64,000 bases of DNA. It comes from Azolla caroliniana (taxonomy: Eukaryota > Plantae > Polypodiophyta). The translations under genes and the position numbers were made by a program. The DNA is taken from contig JBHGNT010000015.1 in the NCBI GenBank assembly GCA_043228905.1, positions 9,796,001 through 9,860,000 on the forward strand, given 5' to 3'. Of this stretch, positions 39,001 to 51,100 are shown piece after piece (positions within the stretch are counted from its first letter, which is position 1; the number at the start of each line of letters is the position of its first letter). The notes under the pieces are model-generated. The model saw only the letters and a list, made by a program, of their open reading frames with translations, ran no database searches and was not told the origin of the DNA.

Positions 39001-39490
39001 CTAGAAAATTATGAAGATGGCCTATGGTCTATTGGACAAGTAACACCTCAAATTGGTTGTTGATTGATCCACATTATGTAATGGAACTCTATTATGGATA
39101 TTAAGATAATATTATTATTTTGTTGTAGAATATTTCATGTTCATTATTTTGTTTTGTGAGACTATTAGCTACTTTGTGAGTGTGAATATGTTGGTGTTTT
39201 TTGATGTTGCAGAGTCTAAAGGGTTTGAATCTATTGCTCCTAAGGCTGATGGCAGTGTGGAAAGTGTTGATGTTGCTGCGTGTTTAAAGGGCCCCATCTT
39301 GAATGTTGATGTAGCAACTAACACAAGTGATCTGGTCACGCAAGTAGATCAAGCATGTTACACAGATGATCTGATTTTGCAAGTAGATGCAATGTGTGAT
39401 ACCAATGGGTTGATATTGACTAGAGAAGTATCTACATGCACAAAGGTAATGCTAGGACCGATGACACGGTCGACTATACAAGAGCAAAAT
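36020..39490 (+). pseudogene. Multi-exon transposon accessory gene with a RING-H2-like finger
   Basis: GT/AG-bounded coding-like blocks (~36714-37393, 37458-37621, 37706-38016). CIAC-x17-CQHTYHIVC-x10-Y(for C)LGDC at ~37845-37980. Stops and frameshifts present. Confidence 0.55.
38040..38465. repeat. Array of palindromic TAGCTAATTAGCTA units (intronic)
   Basis: Directly visible. Confidence 0.9.
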
Positions 39491-40059
39491 TGTGTGAAGC
39501 CAAGTCATTTCTTAAAAAGTTGTATTTTCATCATTATACTTTTTCATATGTAAATTCTCATACATGAGAGTTGACATGGTGGTTATCATGCATCACATGT
39601 AATGCATGAACGCTGAATGGCAAACATGCATTGCATGCATTTCATGTATTACATGCATTGTATGCATGTCTTGCAGCCTCACATGCATCATATGCATGGG
39701 GGTATCTATAAAAGAGTGGAGGAAAAAGAAAGGGGATCAATAAATTAATCAAGGAAATTCTGTACTAAATCAAGGAAACAATAATAAAATCTAGTTATCT
39801 TATTGGTGATGTACCTTGTCTCTAAAAATTGAAGTCAAGGGTTCAATCTCTATCTCAATCTCTCTCTCTCTCAATCTGTCTCATAATTGGAATCTCTGTC
39901 TCTCGATCTCTTTGTATCTATCTTAAATACTTTCTCATTAAAGCTAGTACAACCTTCGAATCCTTCCGGTCTAGGACCCCGATGGTCCCGCTTCATTTCG
40001 CGAACACACGAGGATTTCCTCGACAACGGCCCTGATATGTGAAGTCAACATTGTTTTTT

Positions 40060-43000
40060 GTTTCTCCATCCGCTTGGTCCTTATCATTCAATGTATGGTA
40101 CTCCTAGTTCTGAATATATGCTTTGTTTAAACAATACCTCCAATTTCCCTGCACACAATGGAACCAAAAACAAGTTAATTCTCTAATCGCAATACAATGA
40201 CCATCCAACCTAGAATAACCCCGAACAACATGGCAAGATCGCAATTCGAGAATTCCTTGGCATTCCCAGGTCTTCTACCAATTTACTTCATCTATCTTCA
40301 CTTCCCAAAATTCACGTTTGATATCTCGAACCTGCGAGGAATAAACTACTAGTTGCACTCGTTGACATATTAGCTCTTAAAAATTCGACTACATGTGTTG
40401 CACAATTCATATGCACACCATCTACCTTTAGTTGTTCATGGGTAAGTGCCCGCTTTATAACTGCACCTGCTCCATCATGTTCACCTTTACCATGGCTAAA
40501 CCCAAAAAATTCTATCTCATCTCCAAACCTGTTACAGAAGGATACCTCCCAACAAAATAAAATGGACGTCTAGCCTTGAATTGTGACGCAGCTCCGTCAG
40601 GCTAGACCCAAAGTTGAGTAAGCTCCAAACGTTGACATAATAACCATTGCCAATGTAACTTAAAACTGTCACAGATGTACAAAAACAATGTTGGACAAAC
40701 AAGGTATCATGCTTCTTATAATTAGAAATAAAAAAATGAATTACTTTCTTAACATCACCTGAAACTCGAAAATATGTTATGTGCACAAAAATGGTTACTT
40801 GCATTGAACACCAATGCATGGATTGAATTTCATTCTGCTGCTTGAAAGTATAATTCTGTCCGAAATCTACTACTAAGACTACTACATCATTTGGAAAATT
40901 AGATATGCAAGTCTTAAATTGATGGGCCTGCTATGAATAAATGAAGTTGTGTTTAATGAACTTTCCTAGAGATACTATAAATAGAGATGCCAAATTCCTT
41001 GGTTTAAGCGACTTCCTAACTAGATCCTTTCTTTTACACACCGTTCCTTCGAAATTGGTGTCCACAGACTCAAATAACTTGACAGAGATGAATATTTCAC
41101 TACTCAACTCTTTTAGACACCACCTAAATCTACGAGGGCCACAATCTTGACATAAACCCATGACACATTTATGATTGTGGAAGATAGTCTCAGATTCTCT
41201 CAGACACAATACTGTATCTAAAAGACCATTGATGGAAGAGATACATGCTCTGATGATTTACAGTGTTCTTGCACGCTAGATCGACAAATTGGGCACTCAC
41301 AAGTGCAGATTGCATCCTCTAGGGAGGAGCTATGGTGACGTAGTAGATTAACAGAGTCCTTAAGAAAACCCATTTGTACATGGTAAATGCAACAACATGT
41401 GTATCGATCCTTTAAGTATCTCACAAAGTGTGGCTTAAGAGACTCGAACGTTCATAGTTGAACTTTGATATTTGGATGCATTCGCCTGAACCTAATAAAT
41501 AAATAAACCTGCATAATAAAAAGGGAGTTCTGTGAGTATAAAAAATGCGCCATGATGTAGCTAGTTAGGTATAGTGTGGTAGTTGATTAGCTATGATCAT
41601 ACTCTTGTAGTAGGTAATTAGCTATTAAGAGTAGCTAATTAACTACCTTAGTAGCTAATTAGCTCGTGACATAGCTAGTTAGCTATTGCTAGTAGCTAAT
41701 TCACTATTGATAGTAGCAAATTAGCTACCTTAATAGCGAATTAGCTGATAAGTGCTAAGTTTAATATTGGTCATAACGAAATAACTATTACTAGTAGCTA
41801 GTTAGCTATGATCATATTTTGAGGTAGTTAATTAGTTGAGAATAACTTAGTTTAGTATTGGCAATAGCTATTTAGCTATTAATAGTAGCTAGTTAGCTAT
41901 GGTCATATTCTGAGGTAGCTAATTAGCTATTGTGGTAGCTAATTAGGTATGGTCATATTTTGAGATAGCTAATTAGCTATTGTGATAGCTAATTAGCTAT
42001 GGTCATATTTTGAGATAGCTAATTAGCTATTGTGGTAGCTAATTAGCTGATAATAACTAAGTTAGCTATTGTCAATCGCTATTTAGCTATTACCAGTAGC
42101 TATTTAGCTATGGTCATATTCTGAGATAGCTAATTAGCTAATAATAGCTAAGCTAGCTATTGTCAATCGCTAGTTAGCTATTACCAATAGCTAGTTAGCT
42201 ATGATCATATTCTGAGGTAGCTAATTAGTTGATAATAGCTAAGTTTAGTATTGGCAATAGCTATTTAGCTATTACCAATAGCTAGTTAGCTATGGTCATA
42301 TTCTAAGGTAGCTAATTAGCTATTGTGGTAGCTACTTAACTATGGTCATATTATGAGATAGCTAATTAGTTATTGTGGTAGCTAACTAGCTGATAATAGC
42401 TAAGTTAGCTATTGTCAATCGCTATTTAGCTATTACCAGTACCTAGTTAGCTATGGTCATATTCTAAGGTAACTAATTAGATATGGTCATATTCTGAGAT
42501 AGCTAATTAGTTATTGTGGTAGCTAATTAACTGAGAATAACTAAGTTAGCTATTGCCAATCGCTATTTAGCTATGATCATATTCTGAGGTAGCTAATTAG
42601 CTAACTAAGTAAGCTTAAAAATCAAAACAAAAGTTGAGATAAATGTAAAAACCTGAGGTACATCAAGAAGATGAATGGGATGCTCCTCGTATTGACTCCT
42701 TTCAACACATTTCCTGCATAAATCCTTCTTATTGGGTGAAACCCTACTCTCATTAGTCCAAAATATGGTGATTATATCCTTGATTTCTGATGTTATGGGT
42801 GTCATTGGCTTACATCTTGTTGTTAGCTTTAGCAAATTAGTTCCTTCACCAATTGAAATTATCCGGTTCATTGTATTGTACACAGTTTTTCTACTAACAC
42901 CAATACCTGAGATAACACACTGATGTTAAGATCGTCAACATCAGTGTTAAGTAACATCATTAGACTAGACCTTTTTAAGACAGTATCATCTTCTGGACTA

Positions 43001-43360
43001 CTCATGGATATGAAACTACTACAAAGATTATTTACTAGTACTGATGTTATGTTTGCATTAAGACCATCACAATTAACTAACTCCTTTATCGACGGATCAT
43101 TTAATATTCCATAAAGTACTACCTTCTTGTCTTCATTGCTGATGTGCTTGGTCTGAACATTGAAATAGTCTACAACCTTTCCCTCTATAATAGTAGTCTC
43201 ATTACTTCCATTCTTAGTGATACTCAGACCTATATTGCAACCAATGCTATCCTTACCTTTAGTGAATGTGGCTTTCGTATCCTTCAACAATTGATGATGT
43301 TTCCTTTTTTTTTTCTGCCCAATACTTTCGTATCGCTTGTTGTGTCCTGATAGCGTCATC
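40060..43360 (-). pseudogene. Degenerate multi-exon DDD-type transposase
   Basis: VVDFGQNYTFKQQNEIQSMHW, HDTLFVQHCF, DGAASQFK, HGKGEHDGAGAVIKRAL; Cys clusters TCCCIYHVQ and CVMGLCQDCG; C-terminal RELTCF..C..GNW..C.N. Confidence 0.8.
41555..42605. repeat. ~1-kb TAGCTAATTAGCTA array with higher-order repeats, filling a transposase intron
   Basis: Lies between a minus-strand donor at ~42651 and acceptor at ~41510. Confidence 0.9.
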
Positions 43361-43679
43361 CCTATCCTGATAATCCATAAGGGGTATTGGTAAACACCCT
43401 CCTTCCCCTTCCATTTGGCTTGACATATTCATTAGTAAATTTCCACAAAAAATGACACGTAGCTAATTACTTAACCACATGCAAACTGGTTATTCACAGG
43501 AGCGATCCCATCGTTGGTAAGTTTATGTTTGTTGTAGCGGAGTGATAGCTACTCAACCACCATCGGGAACGAGCTAAGTTGACTATGGGCAACAACAATA
43601 CACAAAACTATTCCGCAATACACAAGATTATACACAACAACACACAAGATAATCAATGGACAGAACACTTATTGCAATC

Positions 43680-44195
43680 CAGGATCGAACAGTGGCGGCA
43701 ACTGAGTGTAGAATGGCGGCAATGGAGGAGTGAACTCCGTCGGATCGAACAATGGCAACAATCCAGGACCGAACAATGGCGACAACTGTGTGTAGAATGG
43801 TGGCAATGGAGGAGTGAATTCCGTCAGATTGAACAGTGGCTGATGATGCTTGGAACGCACAGTGGCAACAACTGAGTGTAGAATGGTGGTAGTGGAGGAG
43901 GAGTGAACTACGTCGGATTGAACAGTGGCAACAATCCACGATCAAATAGTAGCGGCAACTGAGTGTTAAATGGTGGCAATGGAGGAGTAAACTCAATAGG
44001 AGCGAACAATGGTAGATGATGCTTGGACCGAACAGTGGCGACAATTGAGTGTAGAATGACGGCAATGGAGGAGTGAACTCTGTCGGATCGAACAGTGGCA
44101 AATGATGCCTGAACCACACAGTGGTAGGAATTGAGTGTAGAATGGCGGCAATGGAGGAATGGACTCAATAGGGTTTAGGAACAATGGCAGTAATC
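43680..44195. repeat. Tandem repeats (~60-85 bp) upstream of the transposase
   Basis: gaacagtggcggcaactgagtgtagaatggcggcaatggaggagtgaactc recurs about 6 times. Confidence 0.9.
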
Positions 44196-44897
44196 TAAGC
44201 CTGAATAGTCACAAAGTGATGGCCAACGTGATGTGGCAATGGATAATGCATAATGGACCTAGGAATTCGGTATATAATTTATGGTGCACGTTTATGTTGC
44301 AAATTTATGGTGCTCATTTATATAATTAAAACATTCTAATGTTTTCATTCATGGTGCAAAAATTACTATTTATCATTGGTAGCTTTTTGCATAGCTAAAT
44401 AGCTATGCCAAGGAGTTGTTAGGCGCGTAGTTCGACGCGACAATCATTTGTTCAAGCAATGTTCTGAGCGCCAACAATTGTTGACACACCTTAGATTTGA
44501 GCAAACATATGATTTAGCATTAGCCTCAACACCTTTAGAACCAATGCAAGTTCCCAATCATAATTCTTTTGTTGGACCTAGTCTAATGGAGATTGATGCG
44601 GCATGTAATCAAGATACTTTGTCTGAAGTAGAGAAACAACAAAATTGAGCAAATCGACTTTTCCTATATAGTGGGGGTCCAAGACATATAGCAATACATC
44701 GTCCACATCGACCAAAGAGACAAATAAATCAAGCAAGTATTGTTGAGAATTTTGATTCACGTTCTCCTGTCAAAGTCAATAAACCAAGAACTCCCGTGAG
44801 TGGCCCTCAATCCAATAGTCTTGATGTTCTAAGACAATTGATGAACTGTTAAATGAATAAGTCCAACCAAAATCATAGCCATTTGGTTGGACCAACT

Positions 44898-45098
44898 TGT
44901 CGAATATGGGTGTATAATGGTCGTATTCACATTGTCCCACTCAAACGGACTAGGTTTAGGACGAGTATGTAAATATGTCAAAGGGCGGTTGCCCTAGCTC
45001 AACTGGTATATAATTGGCTTTGTAACCTAGTCTATGTTGATGTTGATAGTGCTATTCTTGTATTGTAAAATTGGAAATAAGAAAGTTACATTGTGTGC

Positions 45099-45175
<77 letters not shown>

Positions 45176-48100
45176 TCCATTTCTTTGATCTTGATCTAGT
45201 TCAAGTTTTCTTCGTTTACTTATGTTATTAAACTTATTGTTCTTCATCCTAAGATGTTGTTCCTAGTTCCACTTTGACGGCCTCATCTCCAACATATGGT
45301 ATTAGAGCTTGGTTTTGTATTTTGCTGCTGGCCGTTATCCGTCTTCAACAACATCCTTGCATTCAACCTCTTGAAGACCCCAACCTGTTTCAAGTTTTGG
45401 AAGAGACTCTAGATTTCAGTCAAACTGAAATCTCTAGATTGGAAACTTTCTCAAGATAGTATCTCAGGAGAAGGGACATCAGAAGAACTGCACTCCACTA
45501 AGCCAGATCACCCTTGAAGTAGGCGAGCCGATTGTACTTTGTCTTCATGATCATAGCCGCTCGGAGTGAGATTTTTCATCAAAATGGTTTCAATTGTGCT
45601 TCATCAAGATAGATGGCAATTGGATAGGTCATCTGAGGTTGCTCACTCGCTCATTGTAACCACTTGAAGTAGATCAGGCCCAAAGCACAACCCTGTCTGT
45701 GTTCCATTCAGGTAGGTGATATTCAGACAAGCCAGTTGGCGTTGACCACCCACACATTGTAGCCACTTGGTGTAAAAAAAGACACAAATAGCACATAATC
45801 TGTGAACAACCCCTTAAAATCAGCACTTGGAATAAGATTGACAATTAACTATGCTCAATCTGGCTAGGTGATATTCAGGAAGACCAGTCAGCTCTGTCCC
45901 TCCGCTTGCTGTAGCCACTTCAAGGAAGTTTCTCACCCAATTGTCATCCGGAACCTAATTAGCTAACTAATCAACAATTTCGGGTCCAATTTGACTAGGC
46001 CCATCAGCTCTGGTCACTCTAGGGAGAACCCGCTGATAGTCGAATCCGATCGGCTTGTGTCCAAATCCGACTAGAACAAATTTAGGTGAGCCACTTGACT
46101 GCACCCAACCACTGTTCGTAACCAACTTCGGACAAAACATTCCCAAGCCGACACAGAATGGCATCAACCTCCGGCTCATCCGAAATGAGCCTAAGGAAGT
46201 TTGATGGATCAAACTTCAACTTCTCGAAGGAGCAGATGTAGGATTACATGATAGTAAAGGGTCAAATCGACCCAATTGAGAACGAAAATGCTTTAGACGG
46301 ATACAAGCCGATTGAGTGGATGAAACTAGATCGAATTGTTCGCGCCACCATCAGGCGGAAGCCCAATCTAAGGACAAAACAAGTTTGAGTGAGCCACAAT
46401 GTTGCATTCGACGATTCGACATCATGGTACTTTCTACCGACTCCGACCCCCAACTCCAACCCGATTCCGGAAGATGAGGCCAATGAGCCGGAAATAATCC
46501 AGGCAGAAGAAGATGATGACTTTGGTACTCTGGAGGAGAATCCGATTTCATTTCGACTGAGTGGGCCGAATGAGCGACTGAGTCGGAATGACTAGTTCGA
46601 TGACGCGGTGGAGAGTAGTGGGGACTCCGCCGTGCTCTCCCCGTGCAAGGAACCCAACCAGTCTGATGACGAGCTAGAGAGTAGTTGAGACTCAAATGTG
46701 CTCTCCCCATGCAAGGAACTAAGAAGACGGTTCACGTGCAAAGAGAAAGGGAAGAAGAAGATGCCAGAATACGACACTGGCAGAGACGAGTAAGATCAGA
46801 GTGAATTTGACTCTGGTACAAATGAAGATGGACCTTCTAGAACAAATTCCAAGTTGGCCAAGAGGGCCTTGAAACCGGCTAATGAGACGTTACACCAATC
46901 GATCCGCTAGAAGAACCCCGTAAAATAGTATGGGTATAATGAGTACATGGTGCACCACTATGCGCACATGACTAAAGTGGCGGAAGTGCATGTGTCAGAG
47001 AGCTACACAGAAGCGGTGAAGGACACGTATTGGCATGCCACTATGGCGGAAGAGATACAAGCACTTGATGCCAACGACGCATGGGACCTGGTTGACCCTT
47101 CCCGCCATTGCAAACCGATCGGCTGCAAGTGGGTATTCAAGTTAAAGTACAATGTCGATGGTTTGGTCAATCGATACAAGGCCCAGTTACTAGCCAAAGG
47201 ATGTGCGCAAACCCATGGAATCGACTATGATGAGACCTTCGATCCGGTAGCGAAGATGACAATGAGATGACAACGGTCCGTGTGGTGTTGGCGGTTTCAA
47301 CAACAAGGGGGTGGCATCTTTACCAAATGGATGGGAAGAATGCGTTTCTTGTGATCTTAAGGAATAGGTCTAGATGATCTAGCCCCCTGGATTTCATTCA
47401 GAGATGAACAAGTTAACAGTATGCCGATTTGAGAAGTCTCTTTACGGCCTGAAGCAAGCCCCTCGTGCTTGGAATTAGAAAATCACACACCGGTTGCGTA
47501 AGATGCGATTTGCGGCCTCCAAGTCCGACTTGTCACTGTTCATCCGGAAAGGTCTGGTATCTATCTTGCTATATGTGGACGATCTAGTCATTACGGAACC
47601 CGGACTCACTGACATTGGCCGAGCGAAATCCCAACTGTCGGATGCATTTGAAATGAAGGACCTGGGGGACCTTCATTTTTTCCTCGGGATCGAGGTGATC
47701 CATACCCTCGACGACATATTGCTCTCACAACGCCACTATGTGTTGAATTTGTTGTACAAGTTCGGCATGACCAATTGCCGACCAGTGTCCACACCCTTGG
47801 ACCGGAACCTAAAGCTTCGTCTTGACTCCGAACTTGCAACAAGAAATGGTTTTGACAAATTGTCGAAAGCCTCATCTATCTTACTATCATCCAACCCAAC
47901 ATCAGCTATCTGGTCGAGATAATAAGTCAATTTATGCAGAAGCTGACTGTGGAGCACCTTTTGTGTGCGCACCGAATACTCAAGTATGTTAACGGCACTA
48001 AGGACGGGGAACTGTTATACCGACACGATATAACCTTCATTTTTTCCTCGGGATCGAGGTGATCCATACCCTCGACGACATATTGCTCTCACAATGCCAC

Positions 48101-51100
48101 TATGTGTTGAATTTGTTGTACAAGTTCGGCATGACCAATTGCCGACCAGTGTCCACACCCTTGGACCGGAACCTAAAGCTTCGTCTTGACTCCGAACTTG
48201 CAACAAGAAATGGTTTTGACAAATTGTCGAAAGCCTCATCTATCTTACTATCATCCAACCCAACATCAGCTATCTGGTCGAGATAATAAGTCAATTTATG
48301 CAGAAGCTGGCTGTGGAGCACCTTTTGTGTGCGCACCGAATACTCAAGTATGTTAACGACACTAAGGACGGGGAACTGTTATACCGACACGATATAACCG
48401 AAATGCTAGTTGGTTATACAAATGTTGACTGGGCCGGTGATGTGTCGGATTGTCGGTCCACTTCCGATTACATGTTCTCTCTAGCTAGCGTAGTTGTTGC
48501 GTGGAGTAGCAAAAAGTAGCTGACATTGGTTCTATCGAGTACCGAGGTTGAGTATCGGGCGCTACCGTCACCAATTGTGAAGCCATATGGCTTCGGTGGC
48601 TGCAAGACCTCCGGATCGAAGTACCGTTCTCGTTTCTGGAAAATCCGGAGCAATCGGGAGTTGTTGAAACCGGAGAAGACACTCCTCACCTGATTGTGCA
48701 TGTTGGAGAAGTCCCTTTAAGCCACGTCGGAAAAAAGGTAAAGTTGATGAACGTACTATATGTTCTGACAATCACAAAGAACTTGGTGTCGGTTGGGTAG
48801 ATCGTTGACCAGGGGATGCAGGTGCGGTTTACGCACCTCGGGTGCTTCATTGAGGAAGAGGGCCAGATTCTTGCGCAAGGGCACTAGGATGGGAGGATGT
48901 TCATCCTCAACACCAACGACATAGGCACCACCTTGTTTGCAAAGGGTCAGAAGATCGTGTCGGATATCGATCTATGGCACAAGCGGATCAACCACGTCAA
49001 TTACCGAAGGCTTCAAGACCTGCAATCGAAACAGGTTGTTTTCGGATTGCCAAAATTTAATGGCCGGAAGTCCCAAATATGTGAAGCCTGCCAACTCGGA
49101 AGCAACACCAGCTTCCATTCCCATCAAAAGAAACCGGAACCGTCACAAGCTCGATCTAATACATTTGAACGTATGGGGACCGACATAGAACGTTAGTCTT
49201 GGCAGGAGCCGATATTTCATCTCCTTCATCGACGACTACAGCCAACACACATGGATCACCTAATCAAAAGGAAAAGCAAAGTTTTTGACTGTTTTTGGAA
49301 CCTGCAAAGTCTTGTTGAATGGGAAATGGAGAGGAAGAGCAAGTGCCAATTCAATAGTTATCAACAGCAGAAAGGAATTCGGAGGGAATTCAGCTGCCGA
49401 TACACACCGGAACAAAATGGTGTGGCGTAAAGGAAGAACCAATCGATCGTCGATGTGGCACAGGCAATGATGGAGGAGAAGAGCATGCATAAGCTCTACT
49501 AGGCTGAAGCGGTCCGGACGACCGTCTACATCCAAAACCGGATCGGGGATAAGCTGTAACCACATGAACTGTATTTTGGGCAGAAGCCGAATTTAAGGCA
49601 CCTAAAGATATTCGGTAGCATTGCATATGTGCATGTGCCGAATGAAAAGCAGAGAAAGTTGGACCCAAAGTCGGAGAAATGTATCCTTGTCGGCTACTCA
49701 CATGAGGAAAAGGGTTATAAGAACTATAACCCCCGAATAAAACAAGTTCGAGTGAGCCGAGATGTCGAATTTGATGACTCGACATCATGGTACTCCCTAC
49801 CGATTACGATGTCTGACTCCGACCTGATTCCGGAGGATGAGGCTAGTGAGCCTGAAACGATCCGGGTAGAAGACGAAGAAGGATTCAGTACTCTAGATGA
49901 GAGTCCGATCTCATTTCGGCTGAGCGGGCCGAATGAAGAGCTCAATCTGAAGGACCAGTAGGATGATGAGCTGACGAGCAGCGAAGACTCGGTTGTGCTC
50001 TCCCCACACAAGGAACTAAGGAGTCGGTTAACGTGCAAAGAGAAGGGGAAGAAGAAGATGCCAGAGTACGACACCGACCGAGACGAGTCGGATTAGAGCG
50101 AATTCAACTCCGGAAAGAATGAAGACGGACCTTCGGGAACGATGTTTGAGCCGGCTAAGAGGGCCTTGAAATGGGCTAACGAGAAGTTACACCACTCCAA
50201 CCGCCAGAAGAACCTTGTAAAAAGGTACGGATATAATGAGTACATGGCGCATCACTATGTGTACATGATGAAAGTGGCAGAGGTGCGTGAGCTGGAGAGC
50301 TACGCAGAAGCGGCAAGGGATGCACATTGGCGTGGCACTATGGAGGAAGAGATGCGGGCACTCGATGCCAATGACACATGGAACCTGGTTGACCCTCCCC
50401 GACATTGCAAACCAATCGGTTGCAAATGGGTGTACAAGGTAAAGTATATTGGTGATGGTTTGGTCAACCGGTACAAGGCCTGGTTAGTTGCAAAAGGATA
50501 TGCACAGACCCATGGAATGGACTACGACGAGACCTTCACCTTGGTAGCGAAGATGACGATGGTTCATGTGGTGCTGGTGGTTGTTGTTGCAAGGGGGTGG
50601 CATCTTCACCAAATGGATGTGAAGAATGCATTTCTTCAAGGTGACCTTGAAGAACAATTCTACATGATCCAACCCCTCGATTTTCAGTTGGAGATGGACA
50701 AGTCGGCAATGTGCCGACACAAAAAGTCACTGTACGGCTTGAAGCAAGCCCCATGCTTGGAATTTGAAGATCACGCATCGGTTGCGTAAGATGGGGTTTG
50801 CGGCCTCGAAGCCGGAATCTTCGTTGTTCATCCGGAAAGGTTCGGAAGGTCTGGTGTGTATCATGTTATACATGGATGATCTCATCATCACCAGACCCGT
50901 CCTCACTGAAATTGGCCGAGTGAAGTCCCAGTTGTCGGACACTTTCGAAATGAAGGACTTGAGGGCCCTTCATTACTTCCTCAGGATCGTAGTGATCCAT
51001 ACCACCGACGACATATTGTTATCTCAGTGACATCATGTGTTGAATATGCTGTACAAGTTCGGCTTGATGGATTGACAACCAATCTCCACACCCCTGGACC

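Larger units (their letters stand above)
35766..44408. mobile_element. ~8.6-kb DNA transposon with a CACTA left terminus, a minus-strand transposase and a plus-strand accessory gene; right terminus lost
   Basis: Begins CACTATGATAGCTAATTAG. Inverted subterminal catagctatttagctat at ~35798 and ~44391-44407. Host gag resumes directly after. Confidence 0.75.

Noticed and set aside
41555-42605. CRISPR-like array of palindromic repeats
   Set aside because: The intervening sequences are themselves repeated, there are no unique spacers or cas genes, and the context is a eukaryotic intron.
43579-44184. Repetitive ORFs (IEQWRQLSVEWRQW..., FTPPLPPFYTQL)
   Set aside because: Translation products of a tandem repeat, open in several frames with no domain signal.
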